Shown one piece after another: positions 17,601-23,198 of a DNA stretch of 26,172 nt (positions are counted from its first letter, which is position 1; each line of letters opens with the position of its first letter). Source of the DNA: a virus (Duplodnaviria > Caudoviricetes). Both the position numbers and the translations under genes were made by a program. The notes below the pieces were generated by a model, which worked only from the letters and a program-made list of their open reading frames with translations, searched no databases and had not been told where the DNA came from. The stretch covers positions 1 to 26,172 of the IMG/VR virus record IMGVR_UViG_3300035148_000194. One strand, given 5' to 3'.

Positions 17601-17726
17601 GAGGGCCTGCGCCAGCCCCAGACACGAGGACTCGCTGCCACCGAGGTTGCCCTTGCGGGACACCACCTCCTCGGTGAAGGGCACGCTGTCCATGTAGAAC
17701 GCAACGGAGTACGGGGGGTTCGGCAT
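14625..17726 (-). CDS. Trifunctional glycosyltransferase (GT-B/GT4-like) + class I SAM methyltransferase + glycosyltransferase (GT-A/GT2-like) fusion
   Basis: N-terminus: LGGSE, YVSRPERG, ETNCVAATEAQACGTP..GALPET (GT4 E-x7-E). Middle: ILDMACGNG, HGVDYS, YDIVFCGEFLEH..P..L...PNG...LTVP. C-terminus: ACLIVRD, FAEARN, WIFWIDIDERL (DxD), RLFR, F.GAIHEQ, then a helical tail. Confidence 0.9.
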   Translation of the reverse strand: MPNPPYSVAFYMDSVPFTEEVVSRKGNLGGSESSCLGLAQALAAAGHAVSMFATKMEIEPGTYNGVQWLDAEESLPHALKHRRYDVFCSLRMPGVFLLPNQSRWKMLWAQDLMLDAKGQGLLHRLDEIAFVSQFHREQWCNLEPTWRPLAWVTGNGYDPRDLLAAGQLVSGDVVDVYALPKARRHHYIYVSRPERGIDGLIALWPKIRAAYPEATLAVCRYSSMYDAGGWGRVVASYDERLQALNERVGGITFLGELSKPSLYAAIGEAWAMLYPTSQDGFAETNCVAATEAQACGTPFIGSWRGALPETLHPEAAILIKGDWRSEDYQTAFLGAIARLQDNPSIYQAMREAGKANVVDRSFAAYAAQWVSHFDEVFERRAKARPTAVLRQLLHWDNHVAAKVFAEHVINPVRDFPLVDGSVAEWKDAITLCDDVIAQRAQTAEHYAKYAIQDAMEEAKYNQRLHRAADLIVEHLQERVVEGAAPPVVRILDMACGNGAMAMHLVSRLVSQFDVSVHGVDYSEGVLALANEARLTDGVIGPRCTFEHGGLHTLQGQYDIVFCGEFLEHAADPAAVLNTLEAHCAPNGLIVLTVPCGPFAELLDRHVPRQRGHLHSFMAEDLGMLLAPKVNPAFAFYEIGSTPHGTPVGYWIMSFRPGGQPAEPFRREWYLATALRERPYERITACLIVRDSPEHVRACLDTFYNQVDAIVIHDYSQNNPTSKADARGEYPSETAMEIARFVDMHGKVRLTHHDTWPNHFAEARNRTVAEAEALGTEWIFWIDIDERLMDGHALRPLATFPGVLNAYAVEQHHLCIDQPNFFDKPLRLFRANRGVKFYGAIHEQPEEGIDAPIVPALHQTQTKIAHFGYIDFGIRRHKMVRRNLPLLNKQMQSPERRRLDFVLYLRDAVHMVTMHSEGEQALTPQSKRYASKALQVWDAEFSSKPVDGYYDLAWPYYQQLLGLLPGTLESGWTFSAAQGTLKGTPRLEKFRARSVAEIKAITAAKVARYLDPLVPVPTSVDPVIEWAALEETVP

Positions 17727-17730
17727 AGGG

Positions 17731-17970
17731 CTACTTCTTCGCCTTCATGGGGGGGTCGCCTGCCGCGTCCATCGCGGCCAGTTGGAGGTCGTGCATCTGT
17801 GTCTGGAGTGCGTCGAGTTGGGCCCGCAGGGTGGCGACGACCATCACGGCCGCGTCGGCCTCCTGCAGGGCAATGCGCCAGCGGGAGGCCACGTTGGGAG
17901 CCAACTGCGGAGACCGGACCAGGAAGGTGTCGATCTCGCGCAGGCGTGTGTGGTGGAGGTGCGGGGGCAT
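17731..17970 (-). CDS. Small coiled-coil hypothetical protein (~79 aa)
   Basis: ATG at 17970 with GGAG upstream (start uncertain). Heptad pattern VATLRAQLDALQTQMHDLQL. Stop lies 4 nt before the GT gene. Confidence 0.6.
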   Translation of the reverse strand: MPPHLHHTRLREIDTFLVRSPQLAPNVASRWRIALQEADAAVMVVATLRAQLDALQTQMHDLQLAAMDAAGDPPMKAKK

Positions 17971-18004
17971 GGCCGGGATGGTACTCCACGGCCATGCGAC
18001 TGGT

Positions 18005-18529
18005 CTACTTGCGGATTGCCTTCCGACGCGCCCATGCACGTCTAGCCGCGTCGGCGCGTCCGCTCAACTCCTTCTTGATTCGCCGTTCCATGCGCTTCCG
18101 CACGTCCGTCACTGACAACATGCGCCTGCCGTGTGCGGTCCATGACCGTTGGGATGGGATGAATCGAGCCGAGGCGGGGGCCTTACTCATGGCAAACCCG
18201 TCGGCAAGGTCTTTCATCACGACCCGCCCACGCCGCTTTCCCACCCACATGCCACCACTGGAGCCTGCGTAGTTGCTGGCACGGATGGGATTGTTGGTCA
18301 CCCACGTCACGCGACCCTGCTTGTGCTGCTGCTCACGCGACTCGTAGAAGCCGAACCCCTTGACGCCATGGGCCTTGTCCTTGACGCCACGGTAGACAAT
18401 GCCCGACCCAATGGACTGCGACTTCCAGGACACACGCCGCCATGCGGACTTGTTGGCCCGTACCGTGGGTCGGCTGCGTGCCCGTGCCTTCTTGGTGCCC
18501 GTGCGCGTGGCCCCGCCTCGCCCGCCCAT
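18005..18529 (-). CDS. Basic protein 4 (174 aa): GGRGG leader, central globular domain, Arg/Lys-rich tail
   Basis: ATG 2 nt after the upstream TAG. Very basic. Central VYRG...TWVTNNPIRASNYA segment. Confidence 0.75.
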   Translation of the reverse strand: MGGRGGATRTGTKKARARSRPTVRANKSAWRRVSWKSQSIGSGIVYRGVKDKAHGVKGFGFYESREQQHKQGRVTWVTNNPIRASNYAGSSGGMWVGKRRGRVVMKDLADGFAMSKAPASARFIPSQRSWTAHGRRMLSVTDVRKRMERRIKKELSGRADAARRAWARRKAIRK

Positions 18530-18531
18530 GG

Positions 18532-18627
18532 CTACTTGCGCCGGACCTTCTTGGCCTTGACTGCGCCCTTGCGCTTGCCAGTGCAGACCTTGCCGGTGCC
18601 TTTCACGCTGCCCTTGCGATAGCCCAT
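18532..18627 (-). CDS. Basic microprotein 3 (31 aa, MGYRKGSVKGTGKVCTGKRKGAVKAKKVRRK; not in the ORF track)
   Basis: Perfect AGGAGGT SD 6 nt upstream of the ATG. Fills the gap between neighbours. Shares KGSVKxxGxVxTG with basic proteins 1 and 2. 13 of 31 residues are K/R, with no D/E. Confidence 0.8.
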   Translation of the reverse strand: MGYRKGSVKGTGKVCTGKRKGAVKAKKVRRK

Positions 18628-18638
18628 GTGCTTACCTC

Positions 18639-19088
18639 CTAGAACTTGCGGTAACCAGACTTGCGCCATGCCAGTAGCCGCTTTGCGCCACCGGCACCTG
18701 TCAGGCGCTCGCTCTTGGGGATGCGGGCCGTCGGGCCAAGATTGCGCTTTGCTGCAGCCGACAGAGTGCCGCGTGCGAGGGCTCGCATAGTCTTGACCGA
18801 CTCGGCCCAGTTGCTACGCGCAAACGACCCCCTTACGTTGGTCCGAGCGTCACCCAAGCGGACCACCTTGGCTTTTTTGGCCTTCGCCTGCGTGCCTGTG
18901 CCCACACGGCCAGAGGCCTTGACGCTGCCACGGCCACCACGCTTCTTGATCGGCGCTCGCATCCTCTTGCCTGGCCGCGCCGACGCCTTGGCCGTGGCCT
19001 TGCGCTTCTTGCCTGAAGCCGTGGCCCCACCCTTGCCGCCGCGCCCGCCGTAACCGACGAGATCGGCCATGACCGTGCGATAACCCAT
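18639..19088 (-). CDS. Basic protein 2 (149 aa), paralogue of basic protein 1
   Basis: GGGAG SD before ATG 19088. Contains GYGGRGGKGGA...APIKKRGGRGSVKASGRVGTG. Confidence 0.8.
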   Translation of the reverse strand: MGYRTVMADLVGYGGRGGKGGATASGKKRKATAKASARPGKRMRAPIKKRGGRGSVKASGRVGTGTQAKAKKAKVVRLGDARTNVRGSFARSNWAESVKTMRALARGTLSAAAKRNLGPTARIPKSERLTGAGGAKRLLAWRKSGYRKF

Positions 19089-19101
19089 GACGACTCCCGC
19101 G

Positions 19102-19473
19102 CTAGCGGCGGCCATAGCGCCGATCCCACTTGGCCTGCGCCACCTTGACTCGCCGCTTCTCGTCCTGGATGGTGTACATCGCTTCGATGCTGTTGGGCGA
19201 GTATGCCTTCATGGGCCGCCACCGTGGACGCGGCGGAACAGGCCCTGCCATCTTCGCCTTCGCTGGGGCCTTCGTCTTGCCCGTGCCGACGCGGCCCGAG
19301 GCCTTCACGCTGCCCTTACCCCCACGCTTCTTGACCGGGGCCTTGGCTCGTGTCCGACCCTTGGTGGTCGTGGCCTTCGCCGACTTCCGTCCCTTGCCCG
19401 CCTTGCCTGCGCCACCCTTGCCGCCGCGTCCGCCGTAGCCGATGAGGCCAGCCAGTGCCTGTGCTGCTGTCAT
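19102..19473 (-). CDS. Basic protein 1 (123 aa), Lys/Arg/Gly-rich
   Basis: AGGGGG SD before ATG 19473. Contains GYGGRGGKGGA...APVKKRGGKGSVKASGRVGTG. Confidence 0.8.
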   Translation of the reverse strand: MTAAQALAGLIGYGGRGGKGGAGKAGKGRKSAKATTTKGRTRAKAPVKKRGGKGSVKASGRVGTGKTKAPAKAKMAGPVPPRPRWRPMKAYSPNSIEAMYTIQDEKRRVKVAQAKWDRRYGRR

Positions 19474-19489
19474 GGGATGCCCCCCTACG

Positions 19490-19528
19490 AAAACGGGCGG
19501 GACCAGCCGTCTGGCCAATCCCGCCCGT
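19490..19528 (-). terminator. Probable intrinsic terminator/attenuator after the major capsid gene
   Basis: Minus strand ACGGGCGGGA-TTGGCC-AGAC-GGCTGG-TCCCGCCCGT-TTT: a long GC stem followed by a short U tract, ~30 nt past the capsid stop. Confidence 0.7.
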
Positions 19529-19556
19529 GCCTCACCTCGCCTCCGACTGCGACGTT

Positions 19557-20684
19557 CTAGGTGTGCGCCTGGAACATCTTGTCGGGGTGATGCGTTTCGA
19601 GGGTGTACTCCCCGATGACATGCCCCTTCGTGCTGTCGCCCGTCTTGGCCAGCATCTCGCGGGCGAAGGACCGGCCACGCAGCGGCGTGACCTTCACGCG
19701 GCGGCTCGAGACGCCCATGATGTGCCGGTCAGGCAGCCACGGGGTCAGCACCAGCCGCAGGTTCCCGAAGTCGGTCTGCAGGAACTCCTTCAGCTGGATG
19801 ATGTTGGTGTCCGCCTGCGCGAGCTGCACGCGAGCCGCCTGCGTGGCCGACAGGTCACGCTTCCAGGTCGCGCCACAGGCGAGGATGTCGAGGTCACGCG
19901 CCCCGGCCGTCCAGGCCTGCTGCAGGAGGTCATTGACGTACAGGAGCGGGTCCGTCGTGAAGGACGAGGCCGTCACCGTGCTGTTGATGGCCGCCAGCTG
20001 CTGCCGCAGACCGTCCATCGTGCGGTAGGCCGAGGCCGACCCGATGGAGTTGCCCGAGGCCACGCCACGGAACACGGCCTTCTCCAGGTCGCGTGCCGCT
20101 TCGATGGTCCGCAGGGTGGTCTGGTGGTCGAACTCGTCACCGACATCCGGTGCGTAGATGACCGCCCGATCCGTGCCCGTCACGGTGATGGGCTTCTTGA
20201 AGATCTGCGTGTAGTTGCGGCGACGGGTCCTCGGCCGGTTGACGTCCCCGGACGTCTCGCTGCCCTCCAGTTCCGCGGTGCTGATGATGAACAGGTTCGA
20301 GCCAGCGACGAGCGACGAGACGCCACGCGAACCGAAGTTGCGCGTGAGCAGGACGCTGTTGGGGCCGGGAATGGACGAGATCTGCGCGATCTCGTTCTGA
20401 TTCTCGAACTCCAGCAGCATGCCGACTTGCAGCTGGTTGCCGAAGCCGTTGATTTGCACGCCCGTGGCGGCCGTCGCACTGTTGATGGCCACGCTGGCCA
20501 CGATGCGATCCGGCCCGAGCATTTCCTCCGTCCACTCGTGCTCCGTGGACGTCGCCGGGCGTTCCGGGGGCGTCAGGAGGTCGAGGAACGGCGTCTCACG
20601 GGGCGAGACCAGCATCAGAATGTTGCTGACGTCCTCCCCGATGACATCGAAGTTGTCGTAGGACGCCTTGCCAGTCCACGGCAT
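19557..20684 (-). CDS. Major capsid protein (HK97 fold, DUF5309/SU10-type)
   Basis: 375 aa. EDVSNI...SP.ETPFL...ATST.HEW.E, EG.E...R...NYTQIF.K.I.VTGT..A, RDLEKA..G, RTMDGL, TDFG, LAKTGDS.K...GEYTLE are hallmark motifs. AAGGAG SD. Confidence 0.93.
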   Translation of the reverse strand: MPWTGKASYDNFDVIGEDVSNILMLVSPRETPFLDLLTPPERPATSTEHEWTEEMLGPDRIVASVAINSATAATGVQINGFGNQLQVGMLLEFENQNEIAQISSIPGPNSVLLTRNFGSRGVSSLVAGSNLFIISTAELEGSETSGDVNRPRTRRRNYTQIFKKPITVTGTDRAVIYAPDVGDEFDHQTTLRTIEAARDLEKAVFRGVASGNSIGSASAYRTMDGLRQQLAAINSTVTASSFTTDPLLYVNDLLQQAWTAGARDLDILACGATWKRDLSATQAARVQLAQADTNIIQLKEFLQTDFGNLRLVLTPWLPDRHIMGVSSRRVKVTPLRGRSFAREMLAKTGDSTKGHVIGEYTLETHHPDKMFQAHT

Positions 20685-20760
20685 ATGCGTACTCCTTCAC
20701 GGCCCACAGCGGGGCACAAGACTAACGTCTACAGGTGATTGAGTTGTGCCGCGCATGGGG

Positions 20761-20951
20761 AGGCGCGTACTCGGTGCCGTGACTGCGGGGGTTGTGGAGC
20801 CAGCCGCTGCCGTCACGTCAAGCAGGGCTGTGTCAGTGTGCGATCACTTCCCGTAAGCGTCAAGGACCAGATGGGCCCACTGCATCTAACACGACGCAGG
20901 CTGGGCCCATCCGAGGGAAGGTGTGTGTGTCCCGAGGCCGAGTATACGCCT
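20761..20951 (-). ncRNA. Candidate structured RNA element in the scaffold-capsid intergenic region
   Basis: 13 of 14 bp closing stem (20938-20951 with 20761-20774). It encloses CTTCCC/GGGAAG, a long hairpin GATGGGCCCA..CTGCGTC/GATGCAG..TGGGCCCATC (20869-20912) and CGTGAC/GTCACG. No credible ORF. Confidence 0.5.
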
Positions 20952-21741
20952 ACTTGCTGGACGCCAACTCGCGCTTCTTCGCATCGAAGCGACGACGTGC
21001 GGCAGCGGCCTTGGTGACGTCGGCCGGGTCTCCTGTGCTGCGGGCCTTGTCCTCGGCTTCCTCGAGGTCCTTGAGCAGGGCCTCCAGCGCCCCACGACTC
21101 TGCCCGTCCTGCATGCCGCCCTGGTCGCTGCCCGATGCGCCCCCCTGTGACCCTGCGCCCCCGGTGCCGGACGGCTTGACCAGGTACGGGTTCTCGTTCA
21201 GGAAGGACCGCACCAGCGAGGCCACCGAGCGCGGCTTGCCGCCTTCGTACTCGGGGCGTCCGGCTTCGTCGAGGACCACGACGCGCAGTTCGTCATCCAA
21301 CTGCACCCGGTCGTTCAGGAGACGGGCCACGACCGAGGGGTTGATGGCATCGGCGGCAGCGGCCATCACCGAGTTGTCCACCCGGTCCCGGCGCAGTTCC
21401 TTGAGCAGCGTGGACTCGCGCTCCTTGAGCGACGACTCCCGGCGCTGGAACTCCTCGTCCTTGCTGGCGAGGGCCCGCTCGTAGTTGCCCTTGGCCTCGG
21501 CCTCCTTGCGCTCGCGCTCCCGCTGGTCGGTGCGCAGGCGCTCGAGTTCCTGCCGCTCGGCATCGGACCCGGCATGCTTCCGACGCTCACGCTGCAGGCG
21601 GTCCTCGATGACGGCATCCAGGTCGGCCTGCGACTGGAACACGATGGGCTTGGGGCCATCGGGCGCAGCCTGCGGGGGTGCGCCTGTGCCTCCGCTGTCA
21701 TCGGGGGACGGGAACGGCTGGAGTCTGAAGGTGCGCCACAT
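20950..21741 (-). CDS. Capsid scaffolding protein
   Basis: FQSQADLDAVIEDRLQRERRK, charged coiled coil (EAEAKGNYE), FLNENPYLVK..G.GGAGS: a typical scaffold architecture. Directly upstream of the capsid gene. Confidence 0.88.
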   Translation of the reverse strand: MWRTFRLQPFPSPDDSGGTGAPPQAAPDGPKPIVFQSQADLDAVIEDRLQRERRKHAGSDAERQELERLRTDQRERERKEAEAKGNYERALASKDEEFQRRESSLKERESTLLKELRRDRVDNSVMAAAADAINPSVVARLLNDRVQLDDELRVVVLDEAGRPEYEGGKPRSVASLVRSFLNENPYLVKPSGTGGAGSQGGASGSDQGGMQDGQSRGALEALLKDLEEAEDKARSTGDPADVTKAAAARRRFDAKKRELASSK

Positions 21742-21783
21742 GGTCGGGGGTCTCCTTGGAGAGGTGAGGAACGGGGTGAGAGG

Positions 21784-22200
21784 TTACCGGCGACGCAGCA
21801 GGCCTGCACGCTCGAAGAACTTCCAGAGGTGGTCTACCACGCGATTGACGTAGGCCTGCGGCACGTCGAGGAACACGCGGCCCCGCTCCTCGTTGTACGC
21901 GGCTCGGCGCTCGAGCTTCTTGGACCGCCACCCGGCTCGCACGCGCCCATGGCTGGTGGACAGCACGGTCAGGCCGTCGAGCATGTCCCCGCTGAGGGTG
22001 AGGTCCACCTGGGAGGGTCTCACGCCCTTCCACTTGGCATAGGCCGGGGTGTAGGGGCGAAAGCGTCGGCCCGAGGCGTCCTTCCCCGAGCGCGTCCGGG
22101 TCACGATGGTGTCGATGAGGTCCTGGCCGACACGCCGCAGTTCGGCCTTCGTGTCGGGCATCTTCCATGCGTTCCCGGTAATGCGAACCTTGACGCTCAT
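21784..22200 (-). CDS. Phage virion morphogenesis protein (Mu gpG / P2 gpS-like)
   Basis: G..LI..I..RT.SG.D..G..F.PY...Y...K.......LTLSG.ML..L.....A.YN....R.FL pattern. Follows the MuF-like gene as in Mu. Start at ATG 22200. Confidence 0.75.
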   Translation of the reverse strand: MSVKVRITGNAWKMPDTKAELRRVGQDLIDTIVTRTRSGKDASGRRFRPYTPAYAKWKGVRPSQVDLTLSGDMLDGLTVLSTSHGRVRAGWRSKKLERRAAYNEERGRVFLDVPQAYVNRVVDHLWKFFERAGLLRRR

Positions 22201-22213
22201 GCGCGGGGCTAGT

Positions 22214-23071
22214 TTACACGCGGCGCGGTCGCTTGTGCTTGCTGGCCTGTCGGGCCGAGGCAATCAACATCGCGGCTCCCGGCACCACGACCTTGCCCGA
22301 GTCGGCGGTGGCCACCAGCTTGGTCTCGGTCACGGGATGCCACCAGTGTCGGCAGTTGTAGCCGCCGCGTGAGAGCAGGACGTTGGGCAGTTGCCCATTG
22401 CTCATCCGGTCAATCTGCCCCCGTGACCAGACCCGCGCCACCAGCGACAGACACCACGGCCGACAGCGCCCGTCAATGGGCCCACCGTAGAGGAAGGCCT
22501 GCGTCTCTGAGGGCCCCTCCTCGGCAGCGGTGAGGAAGGCGACCTGGAGCATGCCCCCGGCTGCGGCGTCGATGAGGGTGCGGACCTGTGCTGGAATCCC
22601 GGCCATGCCACGGCTCAGGGTCTCGAGCGCATCCCCCACGGTGCGTCGGGCCATCACATCGGCACGGAGCGCAGCAGCGGTCTTGGAGAGGTGGGTGGCA
22701 ATGGGCTGCCAGAGGTCCTCGCGGCTCACCTCGGCCGAGGCCTCCAGCATGGAGACCATGCGCGGGGTCACCGACAGCGTGGGGATGGCCTGCCGGACCA
22801 GATCGACAATGCCGCGCACCCACCCGTCGCGGACACGGGCCCACCCGGCTCGACGCACGGCCTCGGTGAGGGTGACATCCAGTCGGGCCGGTACGCGAGC
22901 CAGCAGTCGCCCATCGTCGGACGTGGGCCACTGCACGATGGTGCGTGCGACTCGCCCCTGCACGGCCAACAGGAGGTCCTCCAGGTCGGCCGTGGCACGC
23001 ATGGCCACCCGGTCGATGGCCATGTCCAGCGAACGGTCACGGGCCATCAACCGCTGAAGCCCTGAGGCCAT
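22214..23071 (-). CDS. MuF/SPP1 gp7-like minor head protein
   Basis: C-terminal YGGPIDGRCRPWC...GGYNCRH motif. Located after the portal gene. Confidence 0.8.
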   Translation of the reverse strand: MASGLQRLMARDRSLDMAIDRVAMRATADLEDLLLAVQGRVARTIVQWPTSDDGRLLARVPARLDVTLTEAVRRAGWARVRDGWVRGIVDLVRQAIPTLSVTPRMVSMLEASAEVSREDLWQPIATHLSKTAAALRADVMARRTVGDALETLSRGMAGIPAQVRTLIDAAAGGMLQVAFLTAAEEGPSETQAFLYGGPIDGRCRPWCLSLVARVWSRGQIDRMSNGQLPNVLLSRGGYNCRHWWHPVTETKLVATADSGKVVVPGAAMLIASARQASKHKRPRRV

Positions 23072-23075
23072 GGGG

Positions 23076-23198
23076 CTACTGCAGCAACAGGAAGGCGATG
23101 TCGATGCCGAGCACGATGAGCACCAACACGCGCATCAGGGGCGTGACGAGATCTCGTGGGGAGACGTTCGCCGTGAAGTAGTGCGCCAACTGGCTCAT
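23076..23198 (-). CDS. 40-aa single-pass membrane peptide (MSQLAHYFTANVSPRDLVTPLMRVLVLIVLGIDIAFLLLQ; not in the ORF track)
   Basis: ATGA overlap with the portal stop, GAGGAGG SD, and TAG 4 nt before the MuF-like ATG. Hydrophobic C-terminal half. Confidence 0.7.
   Translation of the reverse strand: MSQLAHYFTANVSPRDLVTPLMRVLVLIVLGIDIAFLLLQ

Noticed and set aside
18639-19473. True histone homology of the basic proteins
   Set aside because: The similarity is limited to low-complexity G/K/R tails. No histone-fold helices are evident.
20886-21095. Alternate-frame ORF extending from the scaffold gene into the intergenic region
   Set aside because: Low-complexity Arg/Pro shadow translation with no slippery site or SD. 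The region is better explained by RNA structure.
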